NCBI GenBank assembly: GCA_038087875.1
Contig: CM075984.1
Location: forward strand, 14,074,001-14,138,000
DNA length: 64,000 bases
Direction of reading: 5' to 3'
Source: Malacoraja senta
Taxonomy: Eukaryota
The translations under genes and the position numbers were made by a program. How positions within the stretch are numbered: the first letter of the stretch is position 1; each line of letters begins with the position of its first letter. The notes beneath the pieces were generated by a model. The model did no database searches and had not been told where the DNA came from. It saw only the letters and a program-made list of their open reading frames with translations. Of this stretch, positions 51,660 to 63,580 are shown in pieces.

Positions 51660-52255
51660 GATAAAAACCTTTCTCTCAATGTCAGCAAGACAAAGGAGAT
51701 AGTGATCGACTTCAGGAAGCACACACCCCAGTTTGCATTGACGGCACCGAAATAGAGGTGGTTGAAAACTTAAAATTCCAAGGAGTCAATATCACCAACA
51801 ACTTCTCCTGGACCACCCATATTGAAGCAACGACCAAGAAAGCACACCAACGCCTCTACTTCCTTAGAAGGCTTTCAGAAGTTTGGCATGTCTCCTACAA
51901 TTCTCACCAACTTCTACAGATGCACCATAGAAAGCATTTTATCAGGCTGCATCGCAGCTTGGTTTGGGAACAGCTCCATCCAAGACCGCAAGAAATTGCA
52001 GCGAATTGTGGACGCAGCCCAGACCATCACACAAACCAACCTTCTATTGACTCCATTTATACCTCACGCTGCCTCGGCAAGGCCAGCAGCATAGTCAAGG
52101 ATGCACCCTGGCCACTCCTTCTTTTCCCCTCGCCCATCAGGCAAAAGGTATAGAAATGTGAAAACGCACACCTCCAGATTCAGGGACAGTTACTTCCCAG
52201 CTGAATCAGGCAACTGAATCATCCAACCAACAACTAGAGAGTGGTCCTGAACTAG
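51660..52255 (+). mobile_element. Rex1/Babar-type LINE RT C-terminal fragment
   Basis: LSLNVSKTKEIVIDFRK, KKAHQRLYFLRRL, LTNFYRCTIESILSGCI.AWFG. Confidence 0.82.
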
Positions 52256-52393
52256 TTACAGTTTGGCACTACCTAATGACCATTGCTATATATCCCCCTA
52301 TCTCAACTCTATATTAATTTATTACTTCTTGAGTGCTTATTTTAGTACAACAAAATATAACTTTGCAGATTAGAAGTTCCATCCAACACATAC

Positions 52394-52564
52394 CTGGTGA
52401 ACAGTTATGTTTTTGTCAGGTCCAACTAGATAAGCCAAAAAAAAAGAATCTATTGGCCTCATCACAGAGAAAAATCCAAAGGCACACAAAATCAGTGTAG
52501 GATACATCCATTCATTGGGTTTTCCTCTCTTCCAGCAGTCTGCAGCTTGGTAGCAGGATGACAT
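52394..52564 (-). CDS. SLC19A3: SLC19A3-like thiamine transporter, coding exon 1 (MSSCYQ...WMYPTLILCAFGFFSVMRPIDSFFLAYLVGPDKNITVHQ)
   Basis: ATG at 52564, donor CAG|gtatgt, 171 nt. Matches SLC19A3 '[23 protein letters not shown]...GPDKNLT'. AGFG1 neighbours SLC19A3 in other vertebrates. Confidence 0.88.
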
Positions 52565-52784
52565 GTTGCTGAACACTTGTTGTTGGACAAAGTAAAAGCA
52601 TTTACAGGTTTCCAGCTACACTCTGAGCCTTTGCTCATAAAAACATGAACGTTCAACCTTGTCTTAGATTAGATTCCTAAACTCATTTGTATTTACACAA
52701 TTTGAGGTAAATAAGTTACTGAATGCTTAACTCTTGGCACAGGAAGGACAAATTCAAGATCTTTGTATAAACATCCAGTACATC

Positions 52785-53415
52785 TTGTTCATCAGTCTAT
52801 CAAAGTAAACATGCAGGTACAGCAGGCAGTGAAGAAAGCGAATGGCATGTTGGCCTTTATAACAAGAGGAGTCGAATATAGAAGCAAAGAGGTCCTTCTG
52901 CAGTTGTACAGAGCCCTAGTGAGACCACACCTGGTGTATTGTGTGCAGTTTTGGTCCACTAATTTGAGGAAGGACATTCTTGCTATTGAGGGAGTGCAGC
53001 GTAGGTTTACAAGGTTAATTCCCGGGATGGCGGGACTGTCATATGCAGAGAGAATGGAGCAGTTGGACATACTAGAGGCAGGATACATGTTCCTGATGTT
53101 GGGGGAGTCCAGAACCAGGGGCCACAGTTTAAGAATAAGGAGTAAGCCATTTAGAACGGAGACGAGGAAACACTTTTTCTCACAGAGAGTGGTGAGTCTG
53201 TGGAATTCTCTGCCTCAGAGGGCGGTGGAGGCAGGTTCTCTGGATACTTTCAACAGAGAGCTAGATAGGGCTCTTAAAAATAGCGGAGTCAGGGGACATC
53301 TGGAGAAGGCAGGAACGGGGTACTGATTGGGGATGATCAGCCATGATCACATTGAATGGCGGTGCTGGCTCGAAGGGCCTACTCCTGCACCGATTGTCTA
53401 TTGTCTACTGTCCAT
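52785..53415 (+). mobile_element. CR1 3' fragment
   Basis: KKANGMLAFI, LVRPHL.YC, SRTRGHSLRI; (ATTGTCT)n tail. Confidence 0.9.
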
Positions 53416-53729
53416 TATTCTAGAAGAGATGGAGATACTTTGAGAGCAGAGTAGACATTGCTGGGTGGAACTCCCTCTACCACAGCACTGTGGAAGAACC
53501 TTCAGCAGAGGAGCAGCAACGGGTGAAGAAGGCAGCTCACCACCACCTTGTCAACGGCAATGAATTCTGCCCAGGCCCTGAAAAAGGAATCACTGAAACT
53601 TTTGTCGGGTCAGCGTTGTTTAGTTCCTAGCGAAAATATATCCTCATACTGCCCGTTGGCAAGATGTTTGAATTAGGGGGCTTGGTTCTCTGTGTGTGTG
53701 TTGGAAAAAACCCTTGTATGAGCACATAA

Positions 53730-54295
53730 GAGAGAGGAAAGTGGGGGAGCTTGAGGGGAGAGAAGGGAGTGAGCCTCGATGGAGGGGTTAATGGGAGAGA
53801 GGAGGCAGAGCATTCAGTGGGGGCATTGGAAGGGGAGAGCACTCAGTGGTGGAGGGGTGGGGGTTGATGGAGCACTCAATGGGGGAGACTACTCAATGAG
53901 GGTGTGTGGAGGGTGGTAGAGAGCCCTCCGTGAAGGAAATGAGAGTAGGGGGCACTTAGTAGGGGAATGGAGGAGGGCGACAGCACTCAATGGGGGAATG
54001 GAGGGGGATCAGAGAGGACGGTGGGGAAGTGGTGGGGGGGGGGAACTTTCAGTAGTGGAAGCGTACTGGAGAGTCCACTTAGAGGGGGGAGTGGAGGGGG
54101 AAGAGCATTCAATGGGGGAGTGGTGGGGGGGGGGAGTGGCGGGGGGCGGCATTCGATGAGGGGGTGTGGAGGGGAGAGCGGAGAGAGGACTCAGTGGGGG
54201 AGTGGAGGGGGAGAGTTCACTCAGTGGGAGGAGAGGAGGGGGGAGATAGCCGTCAACGGGGGTGTAGAATGGGGAGAGGTCTGAGAGTGGAGCAG
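53730..54295. repeat. Degenerate G-rich minisatellite (gagcactcartggggggagtggagggg-like)
   Basis: Recurrent cactcagtgg/cattcaatgg units with many G-runs. Confidence 0.75.
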
Positions 54296-54898
54296 AGCCA
54301 CCACATTAACCATCCGCTCTGCCTCTTCCGACTTCACCATTGATGGACACAAACTGCTGGAGTAACTCAGCGTGTCAGACAGCATCTCTGGAGAAAAGGA
54401 ATAGATGACGTTTTGGGTGGAGATCCTCCTTCAGACTGTTGAAGAATGTGTAAGTGACTAGTGTAGGCAGTGCTGCCCTCCCAGGGCTCACCCACAGCAC
54501 CCTGGTCAGGAAGAACGGGGAAAGGCACTCGCACACCACCAGTTGAAGCAACTTGGTCCTGTCCCACTCCCCCACTCTGGACACCTCGGGATGCGGATCC
54601 GTGATCCCTCTGCTGGTTTTCCCGAATGATCATTCCCAACAAGCAACTAGTCCAAAGTCCTTCCCTTCCAGTGGCGTGAACCTGTGGCAAATGTGAAAGA
54701 TGCTCGTTATTCTTGAGACCACATGGGGAATGGTGCCTTGTACCAGTTGATCAGCGGCGTTTAGTTGTCTGTCGGTGGCCAATCCAGTGAAGACATGAGG
54801 CTCGCGGTGAACTTCACTGCTTCTGATTCAAATACTGGTGAGGCAACCTTTGTAGGAGGTATTAGGGATCAATGCAGGGCATGGAGTTTGTCACTCAG

Positions 54899-55660
54899 AC
54901 CTTGGTGGCGCAGCTGGTCTCACAGTTGAACCTGACCGCGGGTACTGTCTGTGTGGAGTCTGCATGTTCTCCCTGTGACTCATGGGTTTCCTCCGGGTGG
55001 TCCACTTCCTCCCACATCCCAAAGACGTGCGGATTTGTTGATTTGTAGATTAATTGCCCCAATTCTGTCTGGAGTAGTTGAGAAGTAGGGTGGCACAGTG
55101 GCACAATGACAGATTTGCTGCCTTACAGCGCCAGAGACACGGGTTCGATCCTGACTATGGGTGCTGTCTGTACGGAGTTTGGACCTTCTCCCTTGTGACC
55201 ACGTGGGTTCTCACCAGGTGTTCCGGTTTCCTCCCACATTCCAAAGATGTGCATGTTTGTAGGTCAATTGGCTTCTGTAAATTGTCCCTCGTGTGTGTAG
55301 GATAGAACTAATGCGAATGGTGATCGTTGGTCATCGTGAACCCGGTGGGCCGAATATATAAGCTGAAGGCAGTACAACACAGTTTCACAACTAGTATCAC
55401 TAAAACCGTGCCAGAGACCTGGGTGCAATTCAGACCTCCAGTGTTCTCTGTAATGGGCTTGCACTGCATGTTCTCCCTCTCACTGCATGGGTTTCTCTGG
55501 TTCACCAGTTTCTACCCACTGCCCAAAGGCGAATGTGTTGTCTGCTTAATTGGTCATGGTAAATTGCCCCTGGAGTGGAAATGAGTGGTAAAATCTAGGG
55601 CAAGAATAAAATGGGATTAGTGTTAATGGTTGCTTGATGGTTGGTGAAGACTCAGTTGCT
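54899..55660 (+). mobile_element. Cluster of three HE1-like V-SINEs
   Basis: Repeated heads and V domains at ~54899, ~55087 and ~55405. Confidence 0.78.
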
Positions 55661-55937
55661 TGTCGATCTACTGGGAGCTGTTAACTAGAATCCTCTAATC
55701 AGTAGCCCCAGAAGTCCAGGAAGCCGTGTGGTTGAGTGGGAGTTCCCTGGTGCGGAGCCTTGAGGTAATATGGGCCTTGGGCCTTGGGCAAGGCAGTAAC
55801 TCACGGTGCCTCATTTCATTACTCCTTTGCGATGGCTCAGTTTTCCCACAAGGAGTGACCCCAGCAATGCACCATGGTGTTCGTTACTTGGATCCCAATA
55901 TAATGACACTGAATGGCATTTCAATATAATACCTCTT

Positions 55938-56422
55938 CCAAGATAATGGCGCATCTGAGAACGAGGAGGAACCCGCGCCGGCGTGAGGGTAGGGAACCCA
56001 TGCTGCCAGGAGAAAGGAGGGCCAACGAGAGTGGGGAGGGCCAACGAGAGCGGGGAGGGTCAACGAGAGTGGCGAGGGCCAACGAGAGCGGGGAGGGTCA
56101 ACGAGAGTGGGGAGGGCCAATGAGAGTGGCGAGGGCCAACGAGAGCGGAGAGGGCCGTTGAGAGCAACCCGGCAGGAGGGTGCCGAGATGGGACAGGGCC
56201 CGGCGGGGGGGGGGGGGGTGTCTGCTGCTTCGTTTGGCGGGTGGGCCAGGTTCGCCGCTGCGAGGAAATGTAGACTGATGAACCTTTGTAACTTTGTTGG
56301 CGCCAGAAATGTGGCGACTCTTTGAGTACTCTGCCTGAGTGATTTTACTGGGTTGTATGCAAAAACAATACCTCTCACTGCACCTGGGTACGTGACAATA
56401 AAGTATCAGTGAATCATTGAAC
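55938..56422 (+). mobile_element. GC-rich non-autonomous retroelement containing a 19-bp minisatellite; a related 3' end lies at ~49000-49152
   Basis: Shared 3' block gtaact..gttggcgccagaaatgtggcgactc...gattttactgggttgtatgcaaaa...acaataaagtatc. Confidence 0.65.
56018..56156. repeat. 19-bp minisatellite, 7 copies (AGGGCCAACGAGAGYGGSG)
   Basis: Read directly from the sequence. Confidence 0.9.
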
Positions 56423-56510
56423 TGAAGCATCGAATGGCAATGGTTATCAACCTTGCGATGCCAGAGACTGAAAATGGTATAAAAAGGATTTATGAGAATG
56501 TTACCAGCAC

Positions 56511-57383
56511 TAGACAATAGGTAATAGACAATAGGCAATAGACAATAGGTGCAGGAATAGGCCGTTCGGCCCTTCCAGCCAGCACCGCCATTCAATGTGA
56601 TCAGGGCTGATCATCTCCAACCAGTAACCCGTTCCTGCCTCTCCCTATATCCCCTGACTCCGTTATCTTTAAGAACCCTATCTAGCTCTCTTGAGAGTAT
56701 CCAGAGAACCTGCCTCCACCGCCCTCTGAGGCAGAGAATTCCACAGACTCACAACCCTCTGTGAGAAAAAGTGTTTCCTCGTATCCGTTCTAAATGGCTT
56801 ACCCCTTATTCTTAAACTGTGGCCCCTGGTTCTGGACTCCCCCAACATCAGGAACATGTTTCCTGCCTCTAGCATGTCCAAACCCTTAACAATCTTATAT
56901 GTTTCAATAAGAATCCCTCTCATCGTTCTAAACTCCAGAGTGTACAAGCCCACCCGTTCCATTCTCTCAGCATATGACAGTCCCGCCATCCTGGGAATTA
57001 ACCTTGTAAACCTCCGCTGCACTCCCTCAATAGCAAGAATGTCCTTCCTCAAATTAGGGGACCAAAACTGCACACAATACTCCAATTGTGGTCTCAGTAG
57101 GGCCCCGTACAACTGCAGAAGGACCTCTTTGCTCCTATACTCGACTCTTCTTGTTATAAAGGCCAACATGCCATTCGCTTTCTCCACTGCCTGCTGTACC
57201 TGCATGCTTACTTTCATAGACTGATGAACAAGGACCCCCAGATCCCGTTGTACTTCCCCTTTTCCCAACTTGATGCCATTTAGATAGTAATCTGCCTTCC
57301 TGTTTTTGATACCAAAGTGGATAACCTCACATTTATCCACATTAAACTTCATCTGCCATGCATCTGGCCACTCACCCAACTTG
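56511..57383 (-). mobile_element. CR1 3' fragment
   Basis: WQMKFNVDKCEVIHFG...RGHSLRIRG; (TAGACAA)n tail. Confidence 0.92.
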
Positions 57384-57507
57384 TTTGATTCATAAATAAG
57401 AGTTGGATAGGAAAGTTTGATTCATAAATAAGAGCTGGATAGGCTGGTCAGGAGTAGATTTATAGTCAGAAATGCAACAATAGGATTTCATAGAATTCAA
57501 AGCTTAA

Positions 57508-57822
57508 AGGGCCTGTCCCACTGTACGAGGTAATTCAAGAGCTCTCCTGAGTTTAAAAAAAAATCAAACTCGTGGTAAGCACGTAGAATGTACGTAGCAG
57601 GTACGTCGGAGCTCGGGACGTCTCTTAGCGGCTCGTAACGCTAACGGCAGGTACTCGGGAAACGCGGTAAGCTCGTGAAGACTCGTGAAGATTTTTCAAC
57701 GTTGAAAAATGTCCACGAGAGCCCCGAGTACCTACGAGCAGCTATTACCGTAATTCTCTGAGTTCGAATCAGGACAAACTCGGGAGAACTCTTGAATTAG
57801 CCCATACAGTGGGACAGGCCCT
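57508..57822. mobile_element. PIF/Harbinger-type MITE
   Basis: TIRs AGGGCCTGTCCCACTGTA / TACAGTGGGACAGGCCCT; TAA on both sides; CpG-rich. Confidence 0.88.
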
Positions 57823-58240
57823 TAAGAAAGGTTTATTCCCTGGATATGGGAGGCTGAGGGTGACTGTATAAAGGGTTATAGATACTTTTCCTCGGCTTGG
57901 AGAAAGTAAAACTAGAATGCATAGGTTTAAGGTGAGAGGGGAAAGTTTTAAAAGGTATCCACGGGTGTATATATGGAACAAGCTTTATAGAAGGGCCTCG
58001 ACCCAAAACGTCACTCATTCCTTCTCTCCAGAAATGCTGCCTGCCTGTGTAACTCCAGCATTTTGTGTCTACCTTCGATTTAAACCAGCATCTGCAGTTC
58101 TTTCCTACATATTTTGTCTGCTCCACTGAGAAACCTCCTCAAGATTTGTCTGCTTTGAAGAAGTGCTCCTCCTCTCTCCGACGAGAGTTCAGCAACATCC
58201 TCTCTCACTGCTCCCCCTCTGTGATTCCTCCTGCCCTCAA

Positions 58241-58275
58241 GTCTGAAGAAGGGTCTCGACCCGAAACGTCACCCA
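58241..58275 (+). ncRNA. Minimal type I hammerhead ribozyme motif (Penelope-type)
   Basis: CUGAAGA-A-GGGUC(UC)GACCC-GAAAC-GUC: both conserved boxes, stem II, a palindromic ACGU and a GUC triplet. Activity untested; stem I is very short. Confidence 0.6.
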
Positions 58276-60699
58276 TACCTTCTCTCCAGATATGCTGCCT
58301 GTCCTGTTTAGTTACTCCAGCATTTTGTGTCTACCCAAGCTTTATTCAATGGTGTTTTAGAAAATAGGTGCAGGAGAAGGCCATTCGGCCCTTCGAGCCA
58401 GCACCGGCAGTTTTAGGCAATGGATTTTGACATCATATGATTTTAAGGATGAGATACTAAAACTACAACACATTTGAACTCCTGCCTCTGCGATCAGCTC
58501 AGTCAGTACAGATTTCAGATCCAGAATTAGAATATGAGCTCAGCTGCCTGTAATTCAAATACCAGATCACTGATCCTTACAGCTGCCAGTAATTTAATAC
58601 CAAAACTGTTAATTTTTAAACATGGGAACCCCAGGTAATATTATTTTGTACCTTAAACATGATAGACAAATGTTTATCAAAGATTAAGAACCAGGAAAGC
58701 TGTCTGTTTTTTCCTCTTGGATGGAATGTGTATTTAGGAACAAATCAGGATAACAGTCAACTTAAAAACGTTCAAAATTAACTTGTATTTGCACTTTCCC
58801 TTGTCCTGATGAAAACTCTTTGACCTGAAACATTAACTCATGGATGGGGTGGGAGATTGCAACCTTCACGTGGTCTGCCCTGTTTTTCGACGAATGCAAT
58901 CAACCCAATCAAGTTCACAATCAAGTAAGATCAAATAGAACAAGTTGTCCTACAACTTTAAGCTGTGCATGCCATACACAAGAAGAAGTAGAAGCTCATG
59001 GATGCTACTATGTACCTGAGCATAGGACCTGAGCATTTCCAGTATCTTCTGTTTGCACATTGGGATGTAAGTTATTCAATGCCCTGCATTATGATCCAGA
59101 CTCATGCATTCAAATTCTTAAGCACTGGGGTGTTTCAGTTCAGTTAATTAAGTAAACCGAAAATCAAAACAGCTAGTGTTATTAATGGTGACTACAAAAT
59201 GTAACTAACATTTACCCATCTGTTTAACTAATGTTCTTCAGGGAAGGAAATCTGTCATCCTTACCTATTATGATCTAAACCTGACTCCAAATCCACCAAC
59301 ATTTGCCTTCAAAATGATCTGAAGGATCAGCTTCCCCCTCCCACTGTTTTTTTTATTTGCATATATTTTAGTTTAGTTTAGGTATACAGCAGGGAAACAG
59401 GCCCTTCGGCCCACCGAGTCCGCGCTGACCAGCGATCTCCACACACAAACACTATCCTACACACACTAGGGGCAATTTACAATTTGTACCGAATCCAAAG
59501 ATTGTACGAAGATTGTAAATTGTCCCTAATATGTAAGTTAATGCTAGTGTAGGGGTGATCACTGGTCGGCATGGACTCGGTGAGCCCAAGGGCCTGTTTC
59601 CATGCTATATCTCTAAAGTCTGAAGTAAAGTCTATATTGTATTGATGTAATTTTACCTGCCTCTACCACTTGCTCTGGCACCTTATTCCATGTACACAGC
59701 ACCCTCTGTGTGAAAAAGTTGTCCCTCAAGTCCCTTTTAAATCTTTCCTCTCTCACCATAAACCTATAGCCTCTAGTTTCAGACTTCTCTACCCTGGGGT
59801 AAGATGGTGGTTATTCACCTTCTCTAACCTCCACATGATTTTATATACGTACCCCTATAAAGTCATCCCTCATCCTCCTACGATCCAGAGATAAATGGCC
59901 CGGCCTATCCAGCCTCTCCCTATAACTCAAACTCTCCAGACCAAGTAACCTGCATCCTTTCTTGATTAGTACGGATGTCAGAAGTTATGGCGAGAAGGCA
60001 GGAGAATGGGGCTAGGAGGGAGAGATAGATCACCAATGATTGAATGGCAGAGTAGACTTGATTAGATTAGATTAGATTAGATTCCATTATTTGTCATTCA
60101 GACCTTTCGGTCTGAACGAAATTTCGTTGCCTGCAGTCATACATATAATAATAAATAACAAAACACACAATAAACACAAATTAACATCCACCATTGATGG
60201 GCCGAATGGTCTAATTCTGCTCCTATCACATGACCTTATGACCTTTCCGGTCTCTGGCATTGGTTTGTCAATAAATATTGCCATTAGGTGCCATTATATT
60301 GATGGAGGAAGAGCTTTGCAAGATTGGGCTGTGGGGATTCAGAAGGCATTCAAACAGGTTAAAGCTCACCAAAATGTATTATTCACTGCCATAGAACAGA
60401 TCGCCATAACATTCCTTCTGAGGACCATTTTGCAGAGTTGTGCGTAAGTGGAGAGCAATGCGGCAAATCCATGCTCTTTATCCTCATAAATCTTCTTTAC
60501 ACCCTTTTCAGTTCAATGACATCTTTCCCAATGCAGTACTCCAAATGTGCCCTTACCAACGTCTTGTACAGCTGTAACATGACATCCTACTCCTGTACTC
60601 AGTCTGAAGAAGGGTCTTGGCTCGAAACATAAAACAATACACCTCTAAATAAAAATATAGAAATCCTCTAATATTAAAAATGCATTAACACATTAATTA

Positions 60700-61038
60700 T
60701 AAAATAATGAGAGGAATAGATCAGGTAGATGCGCAGAGTCTCTTGCCCAGAGTAGGGGAATCAAGAACCAAGGTGAAGGGAAAAAGATTTAATAGGAATC
60801 TGAGGGATAACTTTTATGGTGGGTGTATGGAACAAGCTGCCAGAGGAGGTAGTTGAAGCAGGGACCATCGCAACGTTTAAGAAACAGTTTGACAGGTACA
60901 TGGATAGGACAGGTTTGGAGGGATATGGACCAAACACAGGCAGGTGGGACTGGTGTAGCTGGGACATGTTGGCCCGTGTGGGCAAGTTTGGCCGAAGGGC
61001 CTGTTTCCATTGTATGATTCTATGACACTCTATGACTA
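60700..61038 (+). mobile_element. CR1-type 3' fragment
   Basis: VGVWNKLPEEVVEAGTIATFKKQFDRYMD...GYG followed by a 3' tail. Confidence 0.8.
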
Positions 61039-61229
61039 TAACACATGAAAATGCATTTTTTTATTTCAAAATTAAAATTATTCTGAATAAAAAATATATA
61101 CCAAATAAAAACTGTGCAAAAGCTCTTCATTCATTCTCAGTGTCTAGACGTTCAATACTGTCATACTCAGAATTGTGTGCATCTGTCTTTAAACAAAACA
61201 CCATTGCCATCAAGTGACCCCGTGTGATA

Positions 61230-61560
61230 TCCCTTCCTTTGTTTGAGGGGTGTCCCCACCGGACTCTGACCCTCAATGATTAGCAGAAGCAGAACCTTAA
61301 ACAGTGGTCCTCGCCCATGGAACCCTGCACCAAGCCTCAGCACATACTCCTGCAGGTTGGAATGGGCCAGTTGGCAACATTTCCCGATCGACATCTTGCT
61401 GTGTTGGGCAGACCAAAGAGCATTTTTCACCAAGTTGATGGAATTCTAGCAGCGCTTGTTGTCATTCTCCAAGTGTGTCCCTGGGAACTGCCTGTAAATC
61501 AGAGGGTCCTCTGTCACCCAGCTGCTCGGGATGAACCGTGACAAGGACCCTTGCATCCTT
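61230..61560 (-). mobile_element. Tx1/L1-clade LINE ORF2 C-terminal fragment
   Basis: FIPSSWVT...FPGTH...INLVKNALWSA...CCQLAHSNLQEYVLR. Confidence 0.7.
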
Positions 61561-61799
61561 CTCTGACCCTCTTTGCAAATCCCCACTCTTTTAAAATGAA
61601 ATAACATCACCTAACAATGTACGTCTGCTGAAATTTAAAAAGAGTGGTTGCTTTTTAATTCGCAAGCTGCCTCTGTATTATAAAGATCTATCTCAATTGG
61701 AACAGCGCAAAGAAGGGACCATTTCATCCAAATTTGGCAGCTATCCTCAGAGCACAGAGACCTGGGTTCGATACTGACTATAGGTGCTGTCTGTACAGA

Positions 61800-62345
61800 G
61801 ACAGTGTGATGGAGACAGAGAAAACAAGAAAGGGGAGAGAGGTGTCCGAATTAATTTAACGGAAGTTAGTGGCAAAGTTAATTAAATCCACGAGTTCTGG
61901 AGGCAGCCCCAATGCAGCGGACAAACAGGTGGAGGATGGTACCAGTGTGGGTTTGGAATAAGGACTAAACAAAAGGCAGGCTTAGCTGGGGCTCATATGA
62001 GTCCCCGTGGCTACACCTTTAACTTGAAGAAAGCGAGAGTATTGAATAGACGTTTTTGAAGGTGAGGACAGGTTCTGCCAGGTGGATCAGAGTATTAGTA
62101 GAGGGAAATTGATTGGATCACTGTTCAAGGAAGAAGGTAGGAGCTTGAAGCCTTCCTGGTGGGGGTTGGAGGTGTAAAGCGACTGGACGTCCATGGTAAG
62201 GATAGGCAATGGGGGCCTAGCAATGGCAAATTATTGAAGCGTTGAAGGGCGTGTGAGGTTGGAAGGGGCTGGACAAGGGTGGATAGGATGGAGACGCTGT
62301 ATTTGGAGATGAGTTCCGTGGGGCAGGAACAGGCAGAAACAATCC
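61800..62345 (-). mobile_element. Degenerate Penelope-like RT fragment
   Basis: Reverse translation gives FLQVKGVATGTHMSPS*ACL and LINFATNF. Confidence 0.7.
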
Positions 62346-62390
62346 TTGTGTGCGAAGCACCATTTTGCACTAAGTGCACTTGTAGAGTTA

Positions 62391-63142
62391 TGGGCCTGTC
62401 CCACTTAGGCGACTTTTTAGGTGACTGCAGGAGACTATGCAGTCGCCACATGTTCGCGGGTGGTTTGCCGGGTAGTTGCCTTCATGGTCATGAGGAGTTC
62501 CCGCATTCTGGAAACCAGTCGCGGCCTCATTATGGTCGCCACAAAATGTTCAACATGTTGAAAAATTAGCGGCAACTAGAATGAAGCCGCCATGGAGAGT
62601 AGCGAGAATTCTCGTGCCGTGGTACATAGGTGCAGTGGTAGTGGGTCACCAGGAGGTCATAGGTTGTCGTAAATTGTAGCCGGTGCTGACCGGTAAATTT
62701 TGTTGGCTCATTGGGAAAAAAAACCCCATAAGCACTAGTTTTCGGAACCAAGGATAACCGACCGGTAATGTTAAATGTCCGCCGAGCTTCACAGCCGTGT
62801 ATCTCTGGCTTCTTAAATATTGTCTACACTCCTTCTCCCCACTCTCCCCCCTCTTTTAAAGGACTTATGTGACCCTTCCCGTACACTGTGCTTTCACCGT
62901 CTTAATTACAGCACCAACCTTCCTTTTCATTGTGGCGTGTGTCTGTATCACCTTGGCTTTGCACCGTGTGAATTTCACTCAGACAGCGCTCCCCCCGCTT
63001 GCCGTGTCCCCCGCCTGCATAACGGACTGGTGAAGGAAGCGATGTGTGTGTGTGTGTGTGTTCCACTCTGACAGTCGCCGTTCCAGTGGGCTGAAAAATC
63101 GCCGGCAGTCGCCTGAAAAATCACCGAAGTGGGACAGGCCCA
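62391..63142. mobile_element. PIF/Harbinger-type non-autonomous DNA transposon
   Basis: TIRs TGGGCCTGTCCCACTT / AAGTGGGACAGGCCCA; flanks TTA and TAA. Confidence 0.85.
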
Positions 63143-63580
63143 TAAAGGACAGAAAAGTTAAGGATCAGAAATTCTATGATCTGGCTCAATGATTATTCAA
63201 ACTGCATGATTGTCCATGGAGGCTAAACATGGAGATTTATCGAGTAAGTCACAATCTGAGTTTGTTCTTCTGGGTTCTTTATGTGACTAACCTGTGACCA
63301 CACAGAGAGGTCCTTATGTATTTGCAGGGCAGTTTAAATACATAAATAGTAAAATATTTTGAATGTAAGCATGTTTTAAAGTGTTCCTGGTGCATCTTGG
63401 TATTTTATTAATATTCCTGCAAATGGGCTGTGTTGCAAGGACTTTTAAAGAAAATACAATATCCATTAACTCTGCTGAAATTATGTAAAGTCAAGAATCA
63501 AGTTAATGGTAAGTTACTGGTGATGGTAAGTTAAGTAAAAAATAATGCTACCTCTTTAAACGTTAAGGATATTAGGTTCT

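Noticed and set aside
56018-56156. Regular short repeats as a CRISPR-like array
   Set aside because: Head-to-tail 19-mers with no unique spacers, in a vertebrate genome: a minisatellite.
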